Shown one piece after another: positions 1 through 11,789 of a stretch of 64,000 nt of DNA (the first letter of the stretch is position 1; each line of letters starts with the position of its first letter). Source of the stretch: Narcine bancroftii (lineage: Eukaryota). A program made the position numbers and the translations under genes. The stretch covers positions 159,774,001-159,838,000 of the forward strand of contig NC_091475.1 in NCBI RefSeq assembly GCF_036971445.1, written 5' to 3'. The notes beneath the pieces were generated by a model. It saw only the letters and a list, made by a program, of their open reading frames with translations. It did not search any database and was not told the DNA's origin.

Positions 1-951
1 CTTTTCCCAGCGTCTTGTCATGGACGTATATTGCCAGGAGGTGATGTTGAACAGCAGGGGCCAATGCAAAGCCCTTTCTCCCAAATGTCTCAGTTAACTC
101 CGGGATCAGCCCTCAAACATCCACAATTGTGCATGTACAGCAACGAAGTTTGTGGTGATTTTGGTTCTGAATTTGAGTTAAAGCAAGATGCTTGATCAAT
201 GTGAGGTGCTGCATGGTAGTGAGAACAATGAAGAAACACCTGATGGTCTTGACAATGCAGGCTTGCTTGGACTGAGATTGAGTCTGTTACAGGCCCTTTG
301 GTTAAAATCACACCTGGCATGGTAATGTTTAATTCAACTGGATTGGTTGCCAACTAAAAGATATTGCCAAACCGCAAGATTTTGTGTTGTTGACATCTGA
401 GGAGGATCCACCTCTAAGATCACTGAGATTTCACCATTAGGGTATTTCAACCGTTGTATGTATACAAGGTCAATACTATAACATGCCCTTGCAATCTCAA
501 AGTTCCATTAAGCAATTTGCAGCTCTGGAAGATGCAAACTAATTCAAGTTTACAATTGGTAATATTAGTCTCTCTTGGCAATCCAAAAAGCAGACAAGCA
601 TGATCTGAGAAGCCAGCTCTTAAACAAAAATTTCCATCTGCCAGATGTGCACCTTTTTCTACCAAACACTTCACTATCTTTGTTAAAGGTGGAATGTAAA
701 AGAAAGCCATGCTCAGTAAAGATGATTTGTTTCTGCTCAAAGCAGAAAAATATGATTCTGTTTTACTAAGAGGGAGTAAGAACTATAGAGGTATTTCAGA
801 CAATGTATTTCATTAGGGCAACTGATGTGGTGGAATCATCCCATAGTTAGCCTGCCAGCCTTGACCACATTTGTTGGCAATAGTTCACAGGGACTCCCTA
901 AAACCACAACACAAACAAGATTTTTCATTCTTTTGTTCATCATGCTTGGTT

Positions 952-1197
952 GGGCAGCACAGTTGGCGTAGCGGTTCGTGCAACTCCTTTACAGAGTTAG
1001 CACTCAGGACCGGGTTTCGAATCCCACGCTGTCTGTAAGGAGTTTGTACGTTCTCCCCATGCCTGTGTGGGTTTTCCCCAGGGGCTTTGGTTCCCATCCC
1101 CCACTGTTCGAAACATACTGGATTTTAGGTTAATTGGGTGTAAATTAGGCAGCATGAACTCGTGGGGCGAAATGGCTTGTTACCATGCTATATGTCA
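952..1197 (+). mobile_element. tRNA-derived V-domain SINE (HE1-like, chondrichthyan type)
   Basis: A-box-like GGCGTAGCGGT and B-box-like GGTTTCGAATCC, then the V-core TGTAAGGAGTTTGTACGTTCTCCCC...TGGGTTTTCC and the tail TGTTACCATGCTATATGTC. Homologous copies occur elsewhere in the window. Confidence 0.85.
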
Positions 1198-1679
1198 GTA
1201 TGTATGTCAAAATATCATTGAGCTATTCCAACCCGTACTAATGATCTCAGGCTTTAGTTTAAATAAAAATTCTCCACTTTCACTTGTCACACAATTACCA
1301 AAGATTGGTATTGCATTATAATTATTCTTCCATACTTGACAAATGCCCTGACATTTCCTTGCCCTAATTATAGTTTTGCTTGATCGTAGTTCTTTCTAAC
1401 AATTGCATTTATTGTGTGCTGAATAGTTTTATCTGGTGACTGTGAAACATTTACTGGTATTTTTAAACTTACACTCCTTCTGAAAGGGTTTATTGAGTAA
1501 CAGTGGTGAGTTGTGGAATGTGGACCATGCTATCAATGTCATATGTAAAGTCCAAAGACATTCATGGAACATTAAGTATGGCATCATAGAACTCTGCAGC
1601 ATGGAAGCAGGTTTTACAGCCCATCAAGTCCATGCCAAACAATTATTCTGCCTCGTCCCATCAACCTTCCATTCTCCTC

Positions 1680-2600
1680 AGAGCAGAAACTATATATTGC
1701 TCTGTAATAAAACAGAAATACAATATTACATGAACAAATCTGTCATAAAGCAGACAAGATTCACCATTAACATTGCCTGTACCCTTTGGAATTTCGGAGT
1801 ATGAGGTGAGATCTCATTGAAACATGTTGAATGCCATGGACAGAGTTGACGTAGAAAGATTGTTTGCCATGGTGGGAGAGTATAGAACAAGGCACAATTT
1901 CAGGACTGAAGGATGTCCACTTAGAATAGAGTCATTGAGTGTTCATGGATACGCCTCCAGTATTCCCGCAGCCTGTGCCGCAGCACAAGACTACAGGTTG
2001 TTTCAAACTATCAGCAACCTGAGCCCAGATCTGAACCTCTGACACCCAGGGCCCTTTGGGGGTCCTTCTTGCACTCAGCACCCTCTTGAATCTCGACTAT
2101 GACACTGGGTTGCTAATATTGTCCTCTCTTGATAATCCTGAAAGCAGCCAGATTCCAACTGCCCGCAGCATGATGTGAGTCCTTTGATGTCAAGTTGCCT
2201 GCAGCCTGTGTGGGTTCCTCGCTCACAGGTTGCCAACAGCTAGCTGCCTGTGCGTGTCCTTCAGTCGCAGAGCCTCTCACTAGTCATCACCGTGGTCACT
2301 GTCCTTGAGGTAATCTCTGCTTTATCTTCCCAACGGGGGTTATTCTCCCTGTTACTGCTGCATGCCCAGAGTCTACAACCACTTGTGGCCACTGTTGAAC
2401 ACAGGCATTGCCACCTTGGGCCCAGACCCCACGATTGCAGGTTTTTAAATTAAACACATTCAGCTCCTTTAACAGCCCATTTAAAGCCTGTATAAAGCTG
2501 TCAGCAGTAGGACTGAGCAGTAGAACCCCGCAGAGGAGTGTTGTGTCTCAGCTCCCCGCTATCCCCAGGTTCACAGCAGCTCTGGCAGCCCCACCTTTTT
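1680..2600 (-). mobile_element. Unclassified interspersed repeat, homologous to 16870-17480 in the opposite orientation
   Basis: The reverse complement of ~2386-2445 (AAAAACCTGCAATCGTGGGGTCTGGGCCCAAGGTGGCAATGCCTGTGTTCAACAGTGGCCA) aligns with ~16916-16977 (AAAATCCAGCAACCACGGAGGTCTGTGCCAAAGATGGTGGTACCTGTGCTCGGCAGTGGCCA). Boundaries are approximate. Confidence 0.5.
1775..1932 (+). repeat. 158-bp near-exact copy of 4295-4452 (CR1 fragment)
   Basis: Direct comparison shows a constant offset of 2520 bp and one visible mismatch (ATTTCGG vs ATTTTGG). Both encode the same peptide MLNAMDRVDVERLFAMVGEYRTRHNFRTEGCPLRIE. Confidence 0.95.
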
Positions 2601-2710
2601 TTTTCCATGTACTTAACCAAAGTTAAATGTTGAAATAGAACCTGCATCCACCACTTCTGCTGACAACTTGTTCCACATTCGAACAATCAACCGAGTGAAG
2701 GGGTTCCCCC

Positions 2711-2795
2711 TACCCTTGAACATATCTCCTTTATGTTCTGAAGGTACCCTTGAACATGTCTCCTTTATGTTCTGAAGGTACCCTTGAACATATCT
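2711..2795. repeat. 34-bp tandem duplication, ~2.5 copies
   Basis: TACCCTTGAACAT(A/G)TCTCCTTTATGTTCTGAAGG at 2711 and 2745, partial at 2779. Confidence 0.9.
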
Positions 2796-3098
2796 GCTTG
2801 TCCTCTAGTCTTTGTCTTAGTTGGAAAAGTCTGCTTACATTTTCCAAATCTATACCCCTCATAATTTTGTATACTTCCATCAAATCTCCCCTCATTTTCC
2901 GGCGCTCAAGAAAATAAAGTGCTGATGTGTTCAACCTTTCCCTATAACTCAGCTCCTCAAGTCCCAACCACATCTTTGTAAATTTTCTCTGCATTCCTTC
3001 AATCTTATTGAAATCTTTCCTGTATATAAATGACCAAAACTGCACACAATACCTCAAATTTAGCCTCACCAATGTTTAGCACAGCTTCAACATAACAT

Positions 3099-3751
3099 GG
3101 GGTCTGCAGATCCTGCGATTGTACTAAATACACAAAAATGCTGGAGGAACTCAGCAAGTCATGCAGCATCCCAAAAAGGCAAAGATATATAATCAACATT
3201 TCAGGCCTGAAACTTTCTTCAAGTTGTGAGGGAAAAAAACATCCAGGCACCTAAATCAAAAGACTGGAGGAGGAGAGAAGAAATGGCAGAGGTAAAAGCA
3301 CAGGCCACCAGCCAAAAAGTCATTATTGGACATGGATAGAAGGACAGGAGAGGAAAGGTGGGAAATGATTGGGGGGAGAGGGTGGCTTTGTGAATGCAGA
3401 GCTGGAGGAGTCAGAGGCAAAGCAGCGACAGCACTAGAAGAAAGGAGAACTAGGGAAAGCGAGGAGGCGGGCGCGAGGAGTGGCTAATGGAATCCAGAGA
3501 AGTTGATGTTAGCTCCCAGACAGAACATGACACGTTGTTCATTCAATTTGCATGAGGTCTCAGTCTGGCAGTGCACATTGACATGAGAATGGGTTGCCAC
3601 TGAGAGATCTCCACTATTGCTGCGGACAGAATGAAAATGCTCAATGAAGCGTCTGCATCCAGTCTCTCTGATGTAAAGGAGGCCACAATGACAGCATCGG
3701 ATGCAGTATATGACCCCTACAGATTTACAAGTGAAGCAACATTTTTGTGCA
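3099..3751 (-). mobile_element. Penelope-like element fragment (GIY-YIG endonuclease plus 3' end) with a 13-bp TSD
   Basis: FTCKSVGVIYCIRCCHCGLLYIRETG.RRFIEH is the PLE GIY-YIG with CxxC. The element is flanked by TTCAACATAACAT at 3086-3098 and 3752-3764. Confidence 0.9.
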
Positions 3752-4109
3752 TTCAACATAACATCCCAACTCCTATACTTAGTACTTTGATTTATGAAGG
3801 CAAATGCTCCAAAAGCTCTCTTTTTGATTGTATCTGCCTGTGAAGCCACTTTCAGGGAATTATGCTTCTGTTCTGCTGCACACCTCAGCTCCCTCTACTT
3901 ACCATATAAATACTCCCCTGCTTCATTCTCCCAAATTGCAGCATTTCATGTTGGTCCATATTAAATTCCATCTGCCATTTTACAGCCCTTTTTTTTCCAG
4001 CTGGTCCAGAATCCGCTGCAAGCTTTGAAAGCTCTCCTCTCTGTCCTCTGCAACCCCAATTTTAGTGTAATCTACAAATTTACCACATTATCATCCAGAT
4101 TGAATATAA

Positions 4110-4690
4110 CAGCAGGAATGTGATGTTGAGGCTTTATAATACACTGGTGAGAGCTCACCTGGAACATTGTGAGCAATTTTGGGCTCCTCATTTAAGAAAG
4201 GATGTGCTGACACAGGAGAGAGTTCAAAGGTGATTCACATGCTTGATTCCCCGAATAAAAGGATTATCATATGAGGAACATTTGAAGGCTCTTAGCCTGT
4301 ACCCTTTGGAATTTTGGAGTATGAGGTGAGATCTCATTGAAACATGTTGAATGCCATGGACAGAGTTGACGTAGAAAGATTGTTTGCCATGGTGGGAGAG
4401 TATAGAACAAGGCACAATTTCAGGACTGAAGGATGTCCACTTAGAATAGAGTTGCAGAGGAATTCCTTTAGCTTGAGGGTGCTGAATCTGTGGAATTTGT
4501 GGAGGCCAAGTCTTTGGGTGTATTTAAGGGAGCGATTGGTAGGTTCCTGATTAGCCAGGGCAACAAAAGTTACAGAGAAAAGGCTGGGCAGTGGAGTTAA
4601 TTGGGAAAATGGAGCAGCTCTTGATTGATTGGTGCAGTAGTCTTGATAGGCTGAATAGCCTAGTTCTACTCCTGTGTTTTGTGGTCTTAC
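4110..4690 (+). mobile_element. CR1 LINE 3' end, nested in the minus-strand CR1
   Basis: LYNTLVRAHLEHCEQFWAPHLRKDVL...LSYEEHL...DLIET, FSLRVLNLWN, then the typical 3' UTR GGCTGAATAGCCTAGTTCTACTCCTG. Confidence 0.85.
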
Positions 4691-5639
4691 TGTTGATGCA
4701 GATGACAAACAACAATGGTCCAAGCCCAGACCCCTGAAGCACACCACTTGTCATAGGCCTCCCATCAGAGATAAACATCAACAACTATTCTCCGGCTTCT
4801 CCCTCAAAGCAGTCTAGACACCAGTATCTGGCTGGAGGTTTGACTGCAGGAGATGATCAATCCTTCACCACCTGGTAAGAAAAGCTGAGCCTCTAGTTTC
4901 ATCTCTGCTTTGATAGTTGGAGACGAGAGAGTGACTCTGTAAAGATTCTTGAGGGATAGACACTCTTGCACAGACTCTTTTTTTTTTGTCCATTTTCCTT
5001 CCACCTTCTCTGTAAGGGAGTTCTTGCCACAGGCCCTTCATCTTCTGGTTCTGCTCATGCCTCCACTTGGCAGACTGTCAAGTCTCCAAGGTTTGCAGTT
5101 AGAAGAGTTGATCATAACCTTTGGGAGTATTATAACTTGTTTCAAGATGTCCAATTTCACCCTTAAGGTTTGATTAGTGCTTCTTTCCACTTGATTTGCC
5201 AAAAAAACTGCAGGCAATCAATGATCTCACAAATAGCACAATACTTGACCATATTGTTCCCAGCTGCTTTCCCACAAGTGTCTCAAACTAAAATTTGATT
5301 CTGGGAGTAAAATCTAAATCAATTGCATTAAGTATTTCAATGGGGTAATCCCTCAAATCGAAGCATGATCTACTTGAATTCTGGTTTGGAAATGGTTGAT
5401 GAGTCTATTGTGGGACCCAAAGACAACTCCACAGGTAGGTATGTGACTGAATGAGCAAGTGGGTAATTTTGACATGAAGCACTCTTTCCACTACCTACAC
5501 AGGGGTCTTTGTGGTCATGACACATTGTCCTCAGTTGCATCTTGAATGCTGTTTTTCTACTTCGCATTCATGGGTCAGGGAAGGTGTAGGTTCATCCTTG
5601 AAATATTTCCATTGTCTGACAGGTGATTTCTACCCATGA

Positions 5640-5880
5640 GAGAGCTCAGAAATATTCATCTGTTTGGGAATCTGCTGTCAAATGTAAATGATGTGGCCCA
5701 CAGGTGGTGGTGGAGGCCAAGACATTTGGGTGTATTTGAAGGACAGATTGAAAGGTTCTTGATTAGGCAGGACATCAAAAAGTCTTAAGGAGAAGACTGG
5801 ACAGTGGGGCTGAATGGGAAAATGAAACAGCTTGTGATTAAATGGAAGGACAGAATAGATGGGCTGACTGAGTGTAATTA
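5640..5880 (+). mobile_element. CR1 3' end remnant
   Basis: GTGGTGGAGGCCAAG...GTGTATTTGAAGGACAGATTGAAAGGTTCTTGATTAG...GATGGGCTGA resembles the other CR1 tails in the window. Confidence 0.6.
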
Positions 5881-5919
5881 GAGCCTTGGTGCTGGGTATG
5901 TTGGGAGAATATGAAACTA

Positions 5920-6720
5920 AAAACAGAACAGAACAGACCCTTCAGCCCACAGTATCTGTTCAGAACACAATGTCAAATTAAGTAAAATCTTAACTAGATG
6001 GGCCTTCCATTTCCTGCATATTCATGTGTCGTAAACCGCATCGTAAACACTGTGCTATCTGCTCCCACCATTACCCCTGGCAGCATGTACCAGACACACT
6101 TCTCCTTTAAACTCTCTGCCCCAACTCCCACTTTAATCACATTCATTCCAATATGTGACATTTTTTCTTTTTTTTGTGATATTTTTACCTTGGGGGAAAA
6201 TGTTTCTGTCTATCCTATCTATGCCTCTCATAAATTTATAAACTTCTATTAGGTCTTCCCTCAATCTCTGACACTCCAGAAAAAAACAATCCAAGATTGT
6301 CCAATCCCTCTTCATAGTTCATGCCTTGTAATGCAGGGAGCATTCTGGTAAATTTCTTCTGCACCTTTTCCATCTCCTTCCTGTAATAGGGTGACCAGAA
6401 TTGTACACAATTCTCCAAACACGGCCTGAACAAAGGTTGATATTGCTGCAATGTGACTTCCTTAATTTTTCTTTTCCTTGATGCCTGACCAATGAAGGCA
6501 AGTATGTCACATGACTTCTATACCATCTTCTTTGCATGGCTACTTTCAGGAAGCTAAGGACTTCGAGCCCCAGATCCATTGGTACATCAATGCTGTTAAG
6601 TGTCCTGCTATTGACTGTAAATGTTCCCATTACAATGTGCCATGCCTCACACTTGCTGAGGTCAACTTCCATCTGCCACTTCACCTGTCTATATCTTGCT
6701 GTGTCTTTTGGTAACCCTAA
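5920..6720 (-). mobile_element. CR1 LINE ORF2 3' fragment
   Basis: KWQMEVDLSKCEAWH, LFRPCLENCVQFWSPYYRK, RLREDLIEVYKFMRGIDRID, with an (AGAAC)n-like tail at ~5920-5940. Confidence 0.85.
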
Positions 6721-7180
6721 CTATTGACTATAAATCCATCAACCTGGAAGGGGATGTTTCTGTGTGCATGATCTACTTCATGCATGTGCATGTTACATTC
6801 ACTGGAGCACACAATAGAAAATTGGTACAGGCACTGGGTGCACCATGAGTTGAAATCATGTTTAATGATTCATTTGTACAGGATTTCAAAATTCATAAAA
6901 ACAATAGAAATTCTAAACTTCTAGCCAATTGAGGCTAGATGATATGCAACAGGTCCATGGAAGCCTTGAGATAATAATTCATCCTATTACATTATATTAC
7001 AATAGGCATGTGGTAAGAAAGCAGCAATGTTCTGTGAATACATTACACCTTTGCTATTCAAATTTAGTCCTGTCGAACATCAAGAAATAACAGTTCAAAA
7101 GTCAAGTTTAACATACATGCACTCTACAACATATCACACTGAATGCATGCATCCTAGGAACAATTTCTATCCTTGCAGCT

Positions 7181-7379
7181 TGCAGTGAACTGGAATTCAC
7201 TGTCTGTGTGTTGTCCTGATGGCTGACTCCACCCTCACCTACCCCAATATAAACCCTGGTTTTCCCACCTTACCTCAGATTCACCTGAGGACTATTGTGT
7301 CTACCGGCCATTGATTGTAAGCTATTAAAAGTGTGTGTGTACTCCCCACTTGTCTTTGAATACAATCAATCATGTTGCA
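7181..7379 (+). mobile_element. Short solo LTR (Gypsy-type) with 5-bp TSD CAGCT
   Basis: TGCA...TGCA termini, CAGCT at 7176-7180 and 7380-7384, internal TATAAA (~7248) and ATTAAA (~7324). Confidence 0.6.
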
Positions 7380-7904
7380 CAGCTCAAACAATCTCTATGG
7401 TGGGACAGCTTTTTTTGCTGACTGATACATCCAACTAAAGAATGGGAACTTGCCCCCTACAGGCCTTGCATTCATTTAATATTTATTTCTGGCTAATAAA
7501 ACTATTATCTCATAAGTTTGAAGTGTGTGTTAATTGTCTGTGTGTGTTTGCAGTTCCCCAGCCAAAATTGAGCATGAAAGGAAGTAATTGAGGTTTCTTT
7601 CCAACAGTCAGAAATGCTGTTCATTACATGGTATTCATTTCATCAGTCATTATAGACACATTTCATTCAAAAGCAAGTTGTCTTGTATTCTCGATTACAT
7701 AACAAATATTTTGTAATCATGCCAAGCTTCACAGTTCAGTGTAGGACACCTTTAACGGCAATATACATTTTGGCCCATTTCATTGTCCTTCTTGCCAAAT
7801 AATTTGTGGAGTATAATAGACAGCACGTTTTGCTTTAACTTACTTGACTGGTTTACTCGGAACTAAGTAAAAATAATATAAGAATGTTCTAAAAATAAAA
7901 CAAT

Positions 7905-8093
7905 TATTTAGATTTTTAATTTTAGACATACAACATGGTAACAGGCCCTTTTGGCCCATGAGCCCATGCCACCCAATTATACCCAATTGATCTACAACCC
8001 GCATTCCATTTTGAATGGTGGGGGGGAAACCGGAGTGTCCCGAGAAAAGCCACCCAGACACCAAGAGAGAGCGTACAATCTCCTTCCAGGCAC
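7905..8093 (-). mobile_element. HE1/V-SINE, 5' truncated
   Basis: Reverse complement of the 952-1197 SINE body and tail (AGACATACAACATGGTAACAGGCCC...GGAAACCGGAG). Confidence 0.8.
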
Positions 8094-9810
8094 CAAACTA
8101 CAGCTGACATCAGCGAGCTAAGACAGAGGGACATGAAGATCATCACGAGAGGAAGTGGGAAGAAGCAACCATGGCCTTGGACGTGAATGAGAGAGGGACA
8201 CTCTCGGCAGTCTTGGGAAGTTTTTGTCATCATTTGTCTTTTGTTGACTTCCTTCAAATTGCCTTATTTGATATGAATGCAATCAAATGCCAGTGCATGA
8301 TGATACCCTGGTTCGCAATTGTTAATTCATCTTCTGCACAGTTGGATGAGGACTTCAACCCAACCAGAACAAGTAACAATGGAGCTTCCCTGCTTTACCC
8401 CCACCAGATGGGATCAAATTCCCCTGGTGTTTTCCAGCTGTGCTCTCAGTCTTGTTCATGAAATCTATTTGAACAAAGTAAGCATCTTGCATTTGTGTTC
8501 AGGGGATAGGCTAGAATTGGTCACCAGATTACATCACTACATCCTGGTTACACTTACCTCATTTTAGGAGTAAGAATACTATCCTTAATTATCAGTATGA
8601 GAATATGATGCTAAGCATTTATTTGTACCTGCTGTTATAACTTTCAGAAATTACAGAGTTTGATTATGGGTCAATTATCTTATTTGATTCTGTTGTATTA
8701 AAGTGGTAAAAGATTCTTTAACTAGAGGATTCGGTAACTGGCAAAATAATCCAGTAGGGTAATGAAGAAAATTTGTTTGATGTAGCTTTTTGTTCTTCAC
8801 TCTGCATAATGGAAACAAATTCATGAGTAACTTCCAAAGTTGAATTGGAGAGGCAAACAGAAGACAGAAAGTTGCAGTGCTGAGAGGAATGAGCAAAGAA
8901 TCTAAAGTAAATGAATAGTTATTTCAAGGAAAGAACTAAATGAGTTGAATGGCCTCCTGTACTGAATATCTTGCTTTTATCCCCAAAGAATCTAAACAAA
9001 TCATTAGGTTTTTTATGCTTTGCACTCACCAGGCAGAATTAGTTTCCAGATGAGAATGACATGTTTACACTTATCATGGTCATATAACAGCATTACAGAG
9101 TATTGAAAGTAAGTGAAATGAACACAGACCCACAGTAATCATAGGGTAGCATTTTAGTCTATTTATCCAGAAAAAAATCATAATATTATTCAACAATGAT
9201 GTTTAATTTTTTTCAGTAATATCAGGGTTCCTGTCACCACTTTTAACTTTGCTTTTGTTGTGATTGTGAAAGAACTGCTTCCTGCTGTGCATGGGTTCAA
9301 CAACTAATGTTTTACTCTCTGTTTGATTATGGAGATAAGAGCACTCCAAGGAACATTAGGGAAGAAGGCTGCTGATGCAGTTTGCAAGGACAGGGCGTTT
9401 GAGATTTTAAAATGTGGAGTAACAGTTCTTGAGCAAGGGAACCATTTATAATGTCAGCAAGCACCGATGGCAAGAATGACACTGTTGTGAAGAACTATTT
9501 TCTATTTGGGCAGCTTATAAAATTTAAAGACATGACAGATCACAGAATTAATTTGGCATTTTTCTGCCAATGGCTGCACATTGTGTGATTTTATTTTTGT
9601 CTCTGCCTACAATTGACAACTTTGCCTTGAGTGACTAAATTGTTATCGACACATGTTACCGGTTATTTTTATTCACTAGACATAATTAACAATTGCAGTG
9701 CCTGCAGGATAAAGATTTTACATGAAAACGATGGATACTGAAACTAGCAGTCAATGCGCATGCACGGGTGCGCATGTGTTTGTGGATTTAAATAAAAATT
9801 AAATATATTA

Positions 9811-9944
9811 NNNNNNNNNNNNNNNNNNNNNNNNNNNNNNNNNNNNNNNNNNNNNNNNNNNNNNNNNNNNNNNNNNNNNNNNNNNNNNNNNNNNNNNNNN
9901 NNNNNNNNNNNNNNNNNNNNNNNNNNNNNNNNNNNNNNNNNNNN
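9811..9944. other. Assembly gap (134 N)
   Basis: Run of n characters. Confidence 1.
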
Positions 9945-9946
9945 AA

Positions 9947-10861
9947 GGCTCTTTTATAGTGAAAATTAACGATCTGAAAGACAAGTTTCCTCTGCCTTTA
10001 AGACATTCCACTTAGCAGCATAAAAAGTCTAAAGGTGGATTGGCTGGTCCTACTAGCTCCACGTTCCCCCTCCATTGAGGGCGGTAGTGTCAGGCTGGAG
10101 TGAAGTCACTTCACCTCTTGCATAAAAAGATCACTGCTGAGAGCGGCTCCAAACAGGAAGGTAAGATTATTGACGTTGCACTGAAAGCCTGCGCCCCGCA
10201 GTGCTGTCACAGAGCAGCCAGTGGAGTTGTCAGGCTGCGCTTGCTCAATCTGCCACTTCACTCCACTCTGCCCCCTTGCACCACTCTACTCCTCAAGCCA
10301 CTCCCCCGCCCTGCTCATTCATGCTGCCCACTCCCTCTTGCCTTCCTGCTCCCTCAAGCTGCCCCCCCCACCTTGCTCCCTCACACCACCAGCTCCCATA
10401 TGCTGCCCCACTCCCTCAAGCTTCTCCCCCACCCCACTCTCTCATGCTACCCACTCCTGATGAGGATGTTGGGGTGGACTAGGGTGGTGGGATTTGCATG
10501 GGGCTGATAGGTGGAGATTGGGCAAGAGGAAGGGGGAATGGAAGAGAGAGGGAGGGGATGGAGAGGGAGTGGTATGGAGGAGGAGGGAATGGGGTGACGG
10601 GGCTGTCAGGGAGTGGGCGGGGGTATCAGGCAATGGGGCGAAGGGCTCAGGCAATGGGGCAGGAGGGCTGTGAGGCAGCGGAGCTGTCTCAGGGCTGCCG
10701 ATACTGTGCTACGCATCCTCCCCCCTTTTGCCCTGAGATGCCGATGCGCTGCTCTGCACCACCTAAAAGGACTGCGCAATCTACCTTTTCCATCCTGTGC
10801 ATAAATTCACCTTTTTTAAACTTCAGCAGGCGATATTGAGGCTTTTGTGCATAAAAACCCC
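9947..10861. mobile_element. Non-autonomous DNA transposon, probably a PIF/Harbinger-like MITE, with a C-rich/G-rich interior
   Basis: Left end (n)AA|GGCTCTTTTATAG versus the reverse complement of the right end TAA|GGGGTTTTTATG, with TTA at 10862-10864. The interior switches from C-rich (10260-10458) to G-rich (10465-10680). The left flank is lost in the gap. Confidence 0.5.
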
Positions 10862-10891
10862 TTATAGAGGGAGATTGATATATGGATATAG

Positions 10892-11650
10892 TGTGACAGA
10901 GTATTTAGGGGTGGCTTGGGAGGAATTACTGGAACAGCTTGCACACACACATTTTAAAACAGAATATTTGCAGGACTTTTGCAGAATGCTTTTTGCAAGA
11001 GGCAACAAAGAATTGACATACAGCTTGCCTCGGAGAGCATGTGACCTTTGCAGGCAGGCCAGAACAGTTTTACTCTCAGAGAGGGAGGGTGTGAAACAAG
11101 AGAGAAGGAGTCACAGAAATCAATTCCAGAAGGATAAGCTGGTAAACTTTGGAAGGTTGCCTGGTAAAAGGAGAAGACTGGCAGTGTGAAAGGTGACCTG
11201 AAATAAAGAGGATCATCTGGAGAACCCTGACAGGGGCGTTTCATCAGCAGAACTAATTGAGAAGGAATCAGTTGTGGATGTCCTGGAAGAGGAATCTTTC
11301 TCTGAAAACCAGCAAGAACTCTCCTGAGTGGTAAGCATTTGCCTGTTAAGCACCAAAGACTAGTGAACTTTGTTAATGCTAACCTCTGAGCACAGTACAA
11401 GAATTTCCTGCAACCAGTGAGATTGAACTGTGATCCAAAGAACTTTTCTAATCTTAAATATACATTACACACACCTGCACTTTAGTATTAGAGGGGGGAT
11501 TAAGTAGGTGAGGTAGGTTAAGTAATAAGTTAAAGTTTAATTTTGTTTTCTTGTTCAAATATAATTAAAAATTACTTTTGTTTAAGTAACCCTGTGTTGT
11601 GGTGCATATCTATTGCTGCTGAGTTTTGGGGTCCTCTGGACTCCGTAACA
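10892..11650 (+). mobile_element. Solo LTR with perfect 4-bp TSD ATAG
   Basis: TGTGAC...GTAACA termini, ATAG at 10888-10891 and 11651-11654. The 3' part is homologous to the inverted element at 20951-21966. Confidence 0.9.
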
Positions 11651-11693
11651 ATAGATTATATAGTGAGAGATATGGATAGATGGGAATATGGTA

Positions 11694-11701
11694 TGTGTGT
11701 G

Positions 11702-11740
<39 letters not shown>
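11694..11740. repeat. (TG)n/(TA)n microsatellite
   Basis: Direct reading. Confidence 0.95.
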
Positions 11741-11744
<4 letters not shown>

Positions 11745-11789
11745 CCATAATCAGCAAGGGTTGCTGTCATCCTGATGCTCTAGCATATC

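Larger units (their letters stand above)
2626..4800 (-). mobile_element. CR1 LINE ORF2 3' part (decayed), interrupted by a Penelope element and a second CR1
   Basis: Peptides YCVQFWS...YRKD...IEGMQRKFTKM..GLEELSYRERL...RGDLMEVYKIMRG, KRAFGAFAFINQSTKYRSWDVML and TSGVLQGSGLGPLLFVICIN are collinear on the minus strand once the insertions are removed. Confidence 0.85.

Noticed and set aside
952-1030. tRNA gene
   Set aside because: The A/B boxes belong to a SINE head that continues into the V-domain; no full cloverleaf is evident.
3484-3849. Novel RT/GIY-YIG fusion protein
   Set aside because: A chance in-frame junction between a CR1 and the Penelope element inserted in it; the TSD is visible at the junction.
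10100-10839. Pro/Leu-rich and Gly-rich ORFs
   Set aside because: Translations of low-complexity C-rich and G-rich tracts inside a probable MITE.
10797-11472. 130- and 172-aa ORFs as retroviral accessory genes
   Set aside because: They lie within or across a solo LTR, have no recognisable domain, and are not preserved in the related LTR at 20951-21966.
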